NCBI RefSeq assembly: GCF_009914755.1
Contig: NC_060928.1
Reading direction: 5' to 3' (one strand)
DNA from: the human T2T-CHM13v2.0 reference genome, Homo sapiens
Length of the DNA stretch: 64,000 nucleotides
Under the pieces are notes generated by a model that saw only the letters and a program-made list of their open reading frames with translations, did no database searches and was not told where the DNA came from. A program made the position numbers and the translations under genes. How positions within the stretch are numbered: position 1 is the stretch's first letter; every line of letters begins with the position of its first letter. Of the stretch, positions 45,249 through 58,895 are shown in pieces.

Positions 45249-47654
45249 TGATATAGTTTTGGTGTCCCCATCCAAATCTCATGTTGAACTGTAATTCCCA
45301 CATGTTGAAGGAGGGCCTGGTAGGAGGTGATTGATTCATGGGGGCAGACATCCCCCTTACTTTTCCAGTGAGTGAGTTCTCATGAGATCTGGTTATTTAA
45401 AAGTTTGGAGCACTTCCCCCGTCTCTCTCTTTCCCCTGCTGCCATGTGAATAAGGTGCTTGCTTCCGCCTTGCCTTCACCTTGATTGTAAGTTTCCTGAG
45501 GCCTCCTAGCCATACTTCTTGTTAAGCCTGTGGAACTGTGAACCAATTAAACCTCTTTTCTTGATAAATTACCCAGTCTCAGGTAGTTCTTTATAGCTGT
45601 GTGAGAATGGACTAATACAGAAAATTGGTACCAGGAAAGTGGGGCATTGCTATAAAGATACCTGAAAATGTGGAAGTGACTTTGGAACTGGGTAGTGGGC
45701 AGAGGTTGGAACAGTATGGAGGGGCCAAAAGAAGATGGGAAGATGTGGGAAAGTTTGGATCTTTCTAGGGACTTGTTGAATGGTTGTGACCAAAATGCTG
45801 ATAGTGATATGGACAATGAAGTCCAGGCTGAGGAGGTCTCAGATGGAGATGAGGAAGTTACTGGGAACTGTAGTAAAGGTCACTCTTGCTATGCTTTAGC
45901 AAAGAGACTGCCAGCATTTTCCCCCTGTTCTAGAGATCTGTGATACTTTGAACTTGAAATAGATGATTTAGCATATCTGGCAGAAGAAATTTCTAAGCAG
46001 CAAAGCATTCAAGAGGTGACCTGGCTTTTTCTAAAAGTATACACTCATATGTGTTCTCAGAGGTAGTCTAAAATTGGAACTTATGTTTAAAAGGGAAGCA
46101 TAGGGTAAAAGTTTGGAAAACTTGAGGCCTGACCATGTGCTAGAAAAGAAAAACCCATTTTTTGGGGAGAAATTCAAGCTGCCGGCTGCAGGAATTTGCA
46201 TAAGTAAAGAGAAGCTGAATGTTAATCACCAAGACGTTGGGGGAAATGTCTCCAGGGCATTTCAGAGACCTTCAGGGCAGCCCCTCTCATCACAGACCTG
46301 AAGGCCTAAGAGGGAAAAATGGTTTTGTGGGCTGGGTCAGGGCCTTGCATCTCTGTGCAGCCTCAGGGCATGTCATCCTGCAACCCAGTGCTCCAGCTCC
46401 AGCTGTGGCTATAAGGGGCCAAGGTGCAGCTCAGGCTATTGCTTCAAAAGGTTTAAGTCCCAAGCCTTGGCAGCTTCCATGTGGTGTTGGGCCTGTGGGT
46501 GCACAGAAGGCAAGAGTTGAGTTTGGAAACCTCTGCCTAGATTTTGGAAGACGTATGGAAATGCCCAGATGTCCAGGCAGAAGTCTTCTGCAGGGGTGGA
46601 GCCCTCACGGATAATCTCTGGTATGACAGTGCACGGGGTGGAAATGTGGGGTTGGAGCCCCCACAGAGAGTGCCCACTGGGGCACTGCCTAGTGGAGCTG
46701 TGAGAAGAGGGCTGTCATCCTCCAGATCCCAGAATGGTAGATCCACTGACAGCTTGCACCATGCTCCTGGAAAATCTGCAGGCTCTCAGCACCAGCCCGT
46801 AAAAACAGCCATGGGCGCTGTACCCTGCAGAGCCACAGGAGTGGAGCTGCCCAAGGCCTTGGGAGCTCACCCCTAGCATTAACATGCCCTGGATGTGAGA
46901 CATGGAGTCAAAGAAGATTTAGGAGCTTTATAATTTAATGACTACCCTGCTGGGTTTTGGACTTGCATGGGGCTTGTAGTCCCTTTGTTTTGGTCAATTT
47001 CTCCCATTTGGAGAGGAAATATTCACCCAATGCCTGTACTCTGTATTTATGCAATGTCTGTACCTGATTGTATCTTGGAAGTAACTGACTTGTTTTAGAT
47101 TTTATGGGCTCATAGGCAAAAAGGACTTGCCTTGTCTCAGATGAGACTTTAACTTGGACTTTTAAGTTAATGCTGGAATGAGTTAAGATTTTGGGGGACT
47201 GTTGGGAAGGCAGGATTGGTTTTGAAATGTGAGAAGGACATGAGATTTGGGAGGGGCCAGGGATGGAATGATATGGTTTAGCTCTGTGTCCCCACCAAAA
47301 TCTCAGGTTGAACTGTAATCCCCATGTGTTGAAGGAGGGCCTGGTGGGAGGTATTGATTCATGGGGGCAGACTTCCCTCTTGCTATTCTAATGAGTGAAT
47401 TCTCATGAGATCTGATTGTTTCTTCTCAAAAAAGGAGGTTTGAAAGTCTGTAGCACTTTCCCCACCTCTCTCTGTCTCCTGCCGCCATATGAATAAGTCA
47501 CTTTCTTCTCCTTTGTCTTTCGCCATGACTCTAAGTTTCCTGAGGCCTCCCAGCCATTCTTCCTGCAGAACTACGAGTCAATTAAACCTCTTTTCTTCAT
47601 AAATTACCCAGTCTCAGATAGTTCTTTATAGCAGTGTGAGAATGGACTAATACA
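45249..47654 (+). mobile_element. Complete THE1D-like MaLR provirus (LTR 45249-45619, internal 45620-47268, LTR 47269-47654)
   Basis: Two TG...CA LTRs, polypurine tract gaggggccagggatggaa, TSD atagt/acagt. Confidence 0.92.
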
Positions 47655-48714
47655 ACAGTTGAGTTACTTCCAACCTTTTGGCTATTGGGAATAATGCTGC
47701 TCTGAGCATAGGTATATAAATATGTGTTTGAGTCCCTGCTTTCACCTCTTTTGGGTATAAACCCAGAAGTGGAATTGCTGGATCATTTTTTTAATTTTTC
47801 TGAGTAATTTCTATTATATTTTCCACAGTGGCTGTGCCATTTTACATTCTTATCAATAATATACAAGGGTTCCAATTTCTCCACCTTGTCACCAACACTT
47901 GATTATTCTGTTTTTATTTTTTTTAATTAATAGTCATCCTAATGGGTGTGCAGTGGTATCCTGGTTTTGATTTGCATTTCCCTAATGATTAGTGATGTTG
48001 AGCTTCTTTTCATGTGTTTATTGGCCATTTGTATATCTTCTTGGGAGAAATATCTATCAAGTCCTTTGCCCATTTTTGAATTGTGCTGTTTCTTTTTTGT
48101 TGTTGTTTAATTCTAGGAGTTCTTTATTCTGGATTTAAATCCCTTATCAGATATATAATTTGCAAATTTTTTCTCCCATTTTATGAGCTACCTTTTTACT
48201 CTGTTGATAGTGCTCTTTGATACACAAAAGCTTTTAATTTTGATGAAATCCTGCTTATCTATTTTTTCTTTTTCAGATTGTGCTTTTGAGTTCATATCCA
48301 AGAAATCATTGCCAAATTCAATGTCATGAACTCTCCTCCTCCTTTTTTGCATTTTAAGGTATCTTTACCTTCAATAAATTTATATTTTATTTTAAAATGT
48401 CTTTTATTTTTTATATTTAATCTTTTGTTGAGGAAAAATATATTTTTATGAATGAAATGAGAAAGGGATCCAATGTATTTAATTTCATGAGGCTTCCTGA
48501 TTGCTACAAACCATTTCTTGAATAATACTTTTTCTCCAATTATTTGTAATGTTAGCTTTGTACCTATATATGGGAGTGGGGAAGTCTACCTCTCTCATGC
48601 TCTTTATTCATTTTTACTAATCTATATCTTACCCCTGGGTCACCATTACACTGTCATTAAATCATTAATACAGTATATAATTAGCTTTGCTCTCTGGTAG
48701 GGCCTGTTCCCCTT

Positions 48715-49258
48715 TGTGGAGAAAAGAGCTCATATAGCAGTCCTGATACTGCTCTCTTTAGAAAGTCCTGCTTACAAAGTTGGCCGTGGAATGATGGCTG
48801 GGAACTTGGATTTGGGGATGGTTGCCACCATTTCCAGAACTGATAAGAGTGGCTCACTGTGTCTAAAGCATTTGTACAAAGAGTAGGTTCATGTTAACCA
48901 CCTGCTTTACTTCCAGGAGTCTGGAAGTTTGGTGCATGTCAGGCAGAGGGGGCCCATGTATCCAGCCAGCAGTAAAAACCCTGGACAATGAGTCTCAGTG
49001 GCCTTCCCTGATAGATGTGCTGTCATAGCACATTGCTGGAAGAATCAAGTGAGTCCCATGCAACTCCACTTGGAGAGGACCCTTAGAAGCTTGCACCCAG
49101 TTTTCTCTGGACTTTGCCCTCGTGCCTTTTCCCTTTGATAATTTTGCTTTGCATCCTTAACTGTCATAAGTTATAGCCATGAGGGTGACCACATGTCAAG
49201 TCCTGTGAGTCTCCTGGTGAATCATTAAACCTGGGGTGGTCTTGGGACCCTGAACACA
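48715..49258 (+). mobile_element. ERVL solo LTR (MER68-like)
   Basis: TG...CA, 544 bp, perfect TSD CCCTT. Confidence 0.8.
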
Positions 49259-49429
49259 CCCTTTCTCCTTCTCTGGTGCCTCTTTCTTCTTCTTTTTATT
49301 CAACAATATCTTGGTTATCCTCATATTTTTATTCATTTTTATGACTCTTACAATTCTCGAGGATTCAGTTGACATCTCATTGCATTTGCCAATAAATCTG
49401 GGGGTGGAAAGGGATCAATATCTATGTCT

Positions 49430-49872
49430 GTGTCAAATATTGTGTCTTCATTCTCAGTACCAGCCTCATCATCCTGAGCTCTTCCCTGTGCCTCTGGATC
49501 ATGGAGCCCGAAAACTACATTTCCCAGACTCTGTTGTTCATGGGCCCAGTGAGAGTCCATCATGCAAGGCACTGGCATGAGGTTGGAAGGAGGAAGTGAA
49601 GGCCTATTTCTTCTCTCTGGGACTCTGTGTGTATGGCAAAGCACAGACAAGGAATTTTGACCACAACTTTGAGCATCCTTTTGAGAAGCACTCACACTGG
49701 GCTCCAGCATCTGCCCTGTGATCCCAGAACCCTCAGAATTCCTGACCGTGCCCTTCCTGGGTTTTGCTCCCTCAACTTTCCAAAGACTATGAAAACCTCC
49801 AATTCTGTATCGTGTCTCTTCATCCTTAGAGTTCCCAGAATATTTTTTCTTTCCCTGGCCAGATCTTAACTA
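49430..49872. mobile_element. Old ERVL LTR (LTR33-like)
   Basis: aaaactacatttcccagactc motif. Confidence 0.45.
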
Positions 49873-49876
49873 ATAT

Positions 49877-50273
49877 TGTTAAATCAAGTTTAGACTAAAG
49901 CTGCCTCCTTATACATTTTACGTTCAGTCTAAAGTTGTATCTGTACATAATAAACTGCAACTGAATTGGATGTGTAAACAAACTAACCTACTCTTGCGCC
50001 AGTCACTGTGTTTGGGCGAATTAAAGACAGCCAAATGTTCAAACTTTTCAAATAAGGCAAATGCCGAGCTATAATCCATCTAGCTCTTTCTGTGCCTCAA
50101 TTCTATTGTCTGTAGGTCACTTTCCTTTTTCTGACCATAAATGTTCTTCCACCACATGGCTGTGCTGGAGTCTCTGAGCCTACTCTGGTTCAGAAGTTTG
50201 CCTGATTTGCAAATCATTCTTTGTTCAACTAAACTCTTTTAATTTTAACTTGTCTATGGTTTTGCTTTTAACA
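49877..50273 (+). mobile_element. MER57-like ERV1 solo LTR
   Basis: tgttaaatcaagtttagactaaagctgcctcctta...ttttaaca; 4-bp TSD ATAT. Confidence 0.8.
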
Positions 50274-50284
50274 ATATAACACCA

Positions 50285-50588
50285 GCTGGGCACAGTGGCT
50301 CATGCATGTAATCCCAGCACTTTGAGAAGCTGAGGTGGGTGGATCACTTGAGGTCAGGAGTTCGAGACCAGCCTGGCCAACATGACGAAACCCCGTCTGT
50401 AGTAAAAATACAAAAATTAGTTGGGCATGGTGGCACCCACTTGGAATTCCAGCTACCTGGGAGGCTGAGGCAGGAGAATTGCTTAAACTCAGGAGGTGGA
50501 GGTTGCAGTGACCAAGATCCCAACATTGCACCCCAGCCTGGGTGACAAGAGTGAGACTCCATCTCAAAAACAAAAACAAAAACAAAAA
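50285..50588 (+). mobile_element. AluS
   Basis: TSD aacaatataacacca/aacaatataatacca. Confidence 0.95.
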
Positions 50589-50734
50589 ACAATATAATAC
50601 CACTCTGGTTCTTCCTTGCTCCATCACTTCATTTATTTAGGTCTTTTTTATATCCTTGATAGTTTTATAAATTTCTCTGTAAAGTTCCCCAGCAGAATTG
50701 AGCTCCCATTGTCCACAGCAGCATTCGTGGTAAC

Positions 50735-51182
50735 TGTCATAACAGTCTGAATGTTTGTATCTTTGCAAATTCCTGTGTAGAAAGCTAATCACCAATATTA
50801 TAGTATTAGAGGGCAGGGTCTCTGGGAGATGATTAGGTCATGGGAGTGGAGACCTCATGACTGGGACAAATGAGGCCCACAGAGCTCCCTTGCCCCTTCC
50901 ACAATGTGAAGATGCAGCAAGAAGGCCTCCTCTAGAAACCATAAGAAGGCCTCCTCTAGAAACCATAAGAAGGCCTCATCTAGAAACCATAAGAAGGCCT
51001 CATCTAGAAACCATAAGAAGGCCTCATCTGGAAACTATAAAGCAGGCTTCTCGAGACACCAAATCTGCAGTGCTTTGGTCTTGGACTTGCCAGCCTCCAG
51101 AACTGTAAGAGATAAATATCTGTTGTTTATAAGCCACCCAGTTTATAGTATTTTGTTATAGCTGCGTGAATGGACTAAGACA
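50735..51182 (+). mobile_element. MLT1A/MSTD-like LTR containing a VNTR
   Basis: cttggacttgccagcctccagaactgtaaga...ggactaagaca. Confidence 0.8.
50919..51038. repeat. 24-bp minisatellite x5
   Basis: AAGAAGGCCTC(C/A)TCTAGAAACCAT, five tandem copies. Confidence 0.97.
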
Positions 51183-51282
51183 ATAGCAAACCCTCACACT
51201 GGTTTCTTTTCCTGCTTTCCTGTCTCATTTGCCTTGTTCCCTTACTCCTGCTTCCTGGGATCATCTTCCTTAACAAGCCACG

Positions 51283-51706
51283 TGTTTAAGTCCATTCTCA
51301 CACTGCTATAAAGAAATACCTGAGACAGCCATTTATAAGGAAAAAAGTTTATTTGGCTCAGAGTTCCACGGGCTGTACAGGAAGCACGACTCTGGCATCT
51401 GCTCAGCTTCTGGGGAGGTCTCAGAAAGCTTACAATCATGGCGGAAGGCAAATGGGGAGTGAAGCATCTCACATGGCAGGAGCAGGAGCAAGAGAGAGAG
51501 GGAGAAGGTGCTACACACTTTTAAACAACCAGATCTTGTGATGACTCACTCACTATCATAAGAACAGCACCAAGGGGACGGCGCTAAGCCATTCATGAAG
51601 GATCCACCCCCATGATCCAGTCACCTCCCACTGGGCCCCACTTCCAACTTTGGGGATTATAATTTGACATGAAATTTTGGTGGGGACACAGATCGAAAAC
51701 GTATCA
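51283..51706 (-). mobile_element. MSTA-like solo LTR
   Basis: ~424 bp; gctataaagaaatacctgaga...ggggacacagatcgaaaacgtatca. Confidence 0.88.
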
Positions 51707-51799
51707 CTACTTATACCTAAATCCCTGTCTTAGCTTGAAAGAAACCCACACTAAAATATGCATTTACTCAGAAGCCATAACAGCAATAGCTACTATTGC

Positions 51800-52010
51800 T
51801 GGATATTTACCATATGCTGGGCATGTGGTTATGCTGAACAAACACTATCTCCTTTAATTCTCCCAGAATTCCCATGGTGCACTTACTTTATGAACAAGGA
51901 AACGAAACACAGAGTTGAAATAACTTGCTTGAAGTCAGAAAGCAAGGACCTGGCAGAGTCTGGGTTCTAACCCGGGACTCTCCAACTCCACATTTTTGAA
52001 CTTGCCCCAC
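51800..52010 (-). mobile_element. MIR
   Basis: ggaaacgaaacacagagttgaaataacttgc...ggcagagtctgggttctaaccc. Confidence 0.55.
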
Positions 52011-53715
52011 CCCTACTCTGATGTCAAAGTCCAGATCCTTCCATGAGTGTGTTGTGTGACTTTGGTTCCATCATTTTAAATCTCTGAACTCACCTGGGTC
52101 TGAATTAGATGATCTCAAAATCTCTCTCTAGCATTAGCAGATGATAGCCCCATGACTCCAGGATGCAGATCACCTCCTGAGTGTCCCTTCCTCAGTGGTT
52201 TGCATGGAACTAAGTACATAGTTCCACCTCCAGTTCTACAGCCCTTGCAGATCCCCTACACCATGGCTGTCTCACTGATAAAGGCCAGAGCCCAAGTCTG
52301 GAAATCCACAATCCACGCAGAAAGATGGAAGGAGCCTGGGAAGAGGGAATGAGCTCCCTCCGTGAGGCCCAGGGTCAAGAGGAGCCCCTTACTGTTCCAG
52401 CCCCCACAAGGGATGGCTTTATGCTTCCTGCAGAGGGTAGCCTTGCAATGTGCATAAATTAAGCACGGTTCAGTCTTTATTGCCACGCAAAGCCTTGGGA
52501 GGACTGTTTTATATGTCTCTGTTCTCATGGCGTTAGCATCATATAGGCTGAAATTAATTCCACCAGACGGGCTGCTCACAAGCAGAGCCAAGAATTTCCT
52601 GGGAAGGAGTTAGGTCTGACTTTGGCAGCCGCTGTGTGCAGTGATAAAGGCCTCTCAGACGGTCTCACACAGCTGGGGCATCCAAGGGTATTATATTCTT
52701 TGGCCCTCGAGGGCTATTTCTCCCTCTTCCAGAAAACTGGGTGTGGAGTATGGGCTTGGAGTCAAGGCTGATCACAGATGGGAAATAGACCCTGGCATTC
52801 TCCCTCATCCCTGGATCATTTGATCGATGAGGCTAGGGAATCCCAAACAGGCCAGCCATCGTCCCTGTCTCAGAGCGCCGGAGCCATTGGGCCTGACTTC
52901 TGGGCTGGCTCACCTGCCCTGAAACCAGACTATTACCCACAGGAGATGGTTGCCTGAGCCCTGTGGCCTTGCTTCTGCCTTGAGTTCTGTTGGTCCTTTG
53001 TTTTGCAAAGAACTTCTAATATGGTGTCCAATTTGAGGTACCCCAGAGGCCGGGAAAGTAGGGGAGGTGATATTATTAGGCATGCTAATAATCATTATGA
53101 TAATCACCACTATTTACCAAGTATTTCCCTCTGTACCAGCCCCCTTGGAAGCACTTTACACACATGAACACATTGCTTTGCCGAGAGGCCCATAGAGGAG
53201 AATGAAATGACCGAGGGCAGAGACACTCCCAGGGAATCTGCTCTGTGCCAGCCTCCTCCCCAGAAATTTCACAATCCAGAACTGTTGCAAAGCTTGCAGC
53301 TTGCCAAACATATTGTGTTAATCTCCATCCCTTTGCTTATGCTCTTCCATTTATGTGTCTAGCATTCCCTGGAAAATGCCTATTCATCCCTCAAAACCCA
53401 GCTCAGGATGCGTTTCCTTCTGCAAGCCGTGTTGTATCTCCCCAGGCTGATTGCATCTCCATTCAACCAGCACGTATTGGGAAGATTTCAAAAGGAATAA
53501 AGAACTCTTGTCTGCACGGGAGCTTAGTTTAGTGGCTGCTGAGTCCAGTCCCTCTTCAGAGCCACTCCCCTCCCTGACTGTCCCAGCCATCTTTCTCACC
53601 CTCCAGATTCCTGTTGGGTTTGGCCAAGGGGCGACATCAGCAGGAGATCTGAGGGCGGGAGAAGAGTGGGAATGGGTGTTGGTTCCCCTAACTCCCTCTC
53701 TGTGTGGTGTATGCA

Positions 53716-54226
53716 CGTGTCTTTTGTGTTCTGTATTCAGATTCTTTGACGTCTGAGGCCTTGCTAATCCTGGAGGGACTGCCCCTCCCAGGGCTGGCCA
53801 ATCTAGAAATGGTCAACAATTCGCTCAAGAGTGTGCTTTTCAAACGCCAACCAACTGATCCAGAGCCCACACCCTCCACCTCCTCCCCTATGGGGCTGTC
53901 ACACTCCACCTGCCCTGATCATCCCAGGGCTGGAAACCAGACAATGCAGGGCAGCAACTCTGAGCCCCAGATCAGCTAAAATTATTCAAACCAGCAATCC
54001 TAAGCCTGCCTGCCCTGCCTCTTTCATTCCTTCCAATCAAAACCTCAATGGAGGTTCTTGCCTACTGTGTCTCCCCTCCCTGTCTCCTGACCCACCTACG
54101 TGTTTCCCCAGTGGCTCTTCATAGCATGGTGGGCCCTTTCTTATTGGGAACTCTAAGGGACAAATGATCTTTTCAGTGTCAGTCCTCTCCCAATCTGCTG
54201 GCCTTATCATACCGAAATAATATTCA
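53716..54226 (+). mobile_element. MER39-like ERV1 LTR within an older LTR16-like element
   Basis: gactgcccctcccagggctggccaat...ccagagcccacaccc; homologous to 58450-58895. Confidence 0.7.
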
Positions 54227-54228
54227 TA

Positions 54229-54593
<365 letters not shown>

Positions 54594-55619
54594 CTAGAGC
54601 CCCACTGCTCTGGCCCGTTGCTCCCATCTTGTGTTTCTGTCTCCGTTCCAGAGACCACCCCCTCACTCCCCATCGGGCCTAGGAGCAGTGACACTACCCC
54701 CTGCCCTTAGCCCCTGGGTTCTACACTGTCTCTTGCTGGTTACCCAAACCTCGTTCACAACTTGGTGAGTAGTCTTTGTATTAAAGTCTTTGTATTAAAG
54801 TATTTGTATTAAACAGTTTGAGAGTCTCTGTTTCTTGGTGGGGATGGAGCCATGAGCAGACCAGTTGAACACCCTCCTCTCCATCTATCCAACCGCCTTC
54901 ACTTGCTTGTCTCGAAATCTGCCTCTGGCAGGACTCTTGAGTCCAGCCTCTGCTTCCCACATCTTGGTGTCCCTGCACAGCAAAGCAATCCCCAACCTGC
55001 AGGGAGCTGAGACAAGCAGCAGGATGGAAGGACAGCATTTGGTGGTTGGTCCAATGGAGGGATTGACGGAGGAGTCACAGAGGATGCCCAGGTCTCCAGT
55101 GTCACCAGTGGTGGGGCCAGACAGAGAATAGGCTTGTGGGGGAAAGAGATGAATTCATTCATGCTGTACAGAGCTGGAGGGGCCTGTGGCATCCACATGG
55201 CCAGTGAACCACGTAAGAGGGGGTCATGGTGTGGAGAGACCCCCCAGGAACCATGCAGAGAGGAATGGGAGTGGGTCCAGGGGAGCCGGGCTGGCATGTG
55301 GAAGCAGCAAGAAGCCACTGCTGGGGTGAAAAGCAGAGAAAGGAGAGGAGAGGGCAGAGCCCAAGGACCAGGCAAGGCAGGCTCTCATGGGGAAGTCCCA
55401 GGGACGTGGGCTGAGAGGGACCTTTGCATTTGCCCACTGAAACATCATGCGGGTCTGTGAGTTTTGCGGCAAGGAGGAGGGGGCAAAGGTGTGTTTGAGC
55501 AGGCGAGGATGACCATGGAAGGTGCGTGAGTCCTGACATGGGTGTGCTCAGAGGATAGCCTCGGATACGCGCAGGTGCGTGAGAAACTGTTGAAGGAAAG
55601 CGAACACGGGCAGGAGGGG

Positions 55620-56027
55620 TGTTGGGGGCTAAACTGTGTCCCCCTCACCCACATTCACATGTGGAAGCCCTGAAACCCCATACTTCAGAGTGTGATTGTC
55701 ATTGGAGATAGGGCCTTTAGGGAGGTGACTAAGGTGAAATGAGACCATCAGAGTGGGGCCCCAATCTAGTACAGTTGGTGTCCTCATAAGGAGGGGAAGA
55801 GACACCAGAGTCCTCTCCCCTCGAGCATCCACACAGGAAAGACTGTGTGAGGACACAGCAAGAAGGTGGCTGTCTACAAGCCAGGTAGAGAGGCCTTACC
55901 AGGAACCAACCCTGTTGCACCTTTATCCTGGACTTCCAGCCTGCCGAACTGTGAGAAAAGAAACTCCTGTTCTTTAAGCTGCCTGGTCTGTAGTGTTCTG
56001 TTAGAGCAGCCTGAGCTGACTAATACA
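55620..56027 (+). mobile_element. MLT1B/C solo LTR
   Basis: tgttgggggctaaactgtgtccc...ggacttccagcctgccgaactgtgaga...actaataca. Confidence 0.85.
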
Positions 56028-56230
56028 ACAGGTATGGCCACCTGGCCCAGGTGGGGCAGGTGGGGGAAGGACAGGAAATGGAGACAGCTGAAGGACGGGC
56101 AAAGTTGAGTGGCTGAAAGTGTAGGGAACAGCATTTCATGCAGAGGGAATTGCATGTCCAAAGCCTGGCATGCAGCAAGCATGGCTCATTGGAATAATCA
56201 AAAAACAGGTCATTTTTACAGTAGGATTTG

Positions 56231-56232
<2 letters not shown>

Positions 56233-56270
<38 letters not shown>

Positions 56271-56280
56271 TGTGTCTGTG
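56233..56280. repeat. (TG)n microsatellite
   Basis: Seen directly. Confidence 0.95.
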
Positions 56281-57739
56281 CTTAGCTTTTCCTTATGTTT
56301 TCTTTCTTATGGAGCCTCATATGCAGAGGGTTGTGGTGATCATATTCTTATTTCCTGACCTCATCCCCATCTAGTAGGAGAAAGCCTTTATTTTCTCTGA
56401 TTTCTTCCCTCTTAGCCCCATATCCCAGATCCGTTCGTCCCATAGTCAACCGTTCTACAGTTTTGACGTGTACTTTTCAATTATAAAATATGTGCTGCTA
56501 TTTGTATGGATATATATATTTTTGTAGGACGTGTTGGGTCCTATATCTCAATTTCTCCCTTTCTTCTTTCTTTCCTCCTGTCCTTTCTTCCTTCTCCTTC
56601 CTTCCTTCTTTCTTTCTTCCTTCTCAGCCTTGTGTGAGGTCTTAAGATCCATCATGTTGCTGTGAAGTGGTGGTGAAATCTGTCACTTATACGCCAGGGC
56701 ATTGCATCCCCTCCATCTTCCCTGTGATGGACACACAGGGTCTTTTCCTCTTCTTCTCCTAGGGTGGAGATTTGCAGAGTGTCTGATGAAGGAGGGAGTG
56801 AGACAGGAGGCCAGGAACCCCAGGGATGGCAGGATGGGGAGGGTCTAGTTCAGGACAAGGGAGAAGAAGGAGGTCCTATGACCTTGTGTGATTTCTCCAG
56901 GGACAGTGTGAGTGGATGGATTTGCCCAGGGTTGGGAATGGCTGGGACCCACAAGATGACAGGGAAGGGAGCAGATGACGGCACCTTCTAGAACACCCTT
57001 TCATTTCACCCTGTGAGCAGGGGAGGCCCAACTGAGACTGGCTAGTTGCTCTGGGAGGTGGGCTAGTTGGCATCCTTTCAACAGATTGTCTTTAAATACT
57101 TGTGGAACACTTATTTGCTGGGGTGCAGAGAGGAACTTATTTTTATTAATAAAAATTGCATGCCTCTCTATGCTCAAAATAAGAGATTTATTATGTGCAT
57201 TTATTATAGGTGATTTTCCAAACCAGACAGCATCTTGGGAGGCATATTAAAGAGTCTAAAATGTAGATGATAATAAAATAAAGCCCTCATCTGGGGTCAA
57301 CAGCCCTACATAATACCTCATTCTGTTTCTGAATCTCGGCTGGCTGTGATTTGCAGCTTCACATTCCCTATTGATGGCTGGAGCCAAGTGGATACAGCTC
57401 GCGGAGCTTGGCACAGAAATCTATGGCTGAGGCGGGTCATCCAGAGAATAGTGTGGTTTAATTTCCACTCCAGGCAGTGTCCACACTGGCAGGACCAGGG
57501 TTCAAGCTCCCCTTTGGCCAACTCTGTAAGCTATCGTGAGTGGAGACCTGCACTAACTGGAGCTGGATTTCTGATTTTTGCCAGTGATGTTTTCCTGCCC
57601 TTATGAGCCATGTCCCAGGCAGAGGCCTGGCTGGCCACTCTTGACACACCACTAGAGGTAGCTGCTGTAGTCCTTATTTTACAGCTGATGGCACAGGGAC
57701 TCAGAATGGCTTAGTGACTTGCTAAAAGCCACATAACAA

Positions 57740-58040
<301 letters not shown>

Positions 58041-58084
58041 CCACCAACACAAAAGCAATGAAACTGGGATTTGAATTCAGCTGA

Positions 58085-58445
<361 letters not shown>

Positions 58446-58449
58446 AAAC

Positions 58450-58895
58450 CGTGTCTTTTATTTTCTGTATTCTGATGCTTTCATGTCTGAGACCTTGCAG
58501 ACCTTAGAGAGACTGCCCCTTCCCAGGGCTAGCCAATTTCTATAGATTGGAAACCACTCCTGTGAGTGTGACTTTCAGATGTAAACCAACCAGTCCAGAT
58601 CCCACACCCCAACCACCTCCTCTATTGAGCTCTCAGTCAGAACCACTGTTCCCCTCTATGCCCCTAGGCAACCCAGGGTAGTGACGCTGCCTTGCCCATT
58701 CCTTCCCATGGAAACCACAGCAAAGGCTCTTGCCCACGTGTTTCTGCCCCTTCTGCCTCCTGACTGACCCTGGTGACTTGCACGGAGTGCTGTGCCTGTC
58801 ATTTCCAGGGATCCGTGAGAGAAACACTTTTTCATTCATGATAGTCACTTCCTTGAGTCTTATATTTGATTAAAATAAATCCCGGGTCCCCTTAA
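58450..58895 (+). mobile_element. MER39-like ERV1 LTR
   Basis: gactgccccttcccagggctagccaat...aaccaaccagtccagatcccacacccc. Confidence 0.7.

Larger units (their letters stand above)
44790..48340 (-). mobile_element. L1MB-like 3' fragment, split by the THE1D provirus
   Basis: Antisense L1M 3'UTR at 44790-45248 continues at 47655-48340. Confidence 0.75.

Noticed and set aside
45695-46876. ORFs within the THE1 internal region
   Set aside because: Fragmented remnants of the MaLR internal ORF with stops and frameshifts; not an intact gene.
50919-51038. Regularly spaced repeats resembling a CRISPR array or repeat-protein gene
   Set aside because: There are no spacers, the DNA is eukaryotic, the array lies inside an LTR, and the peptide has no known family.
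57650-57663. CTCF-like CCACTAGAGGTAGC (and cagccgggtggcgc near 61515)
   Set aside because: Mismatches at core motif positions; cannot be supported without ChIP data.
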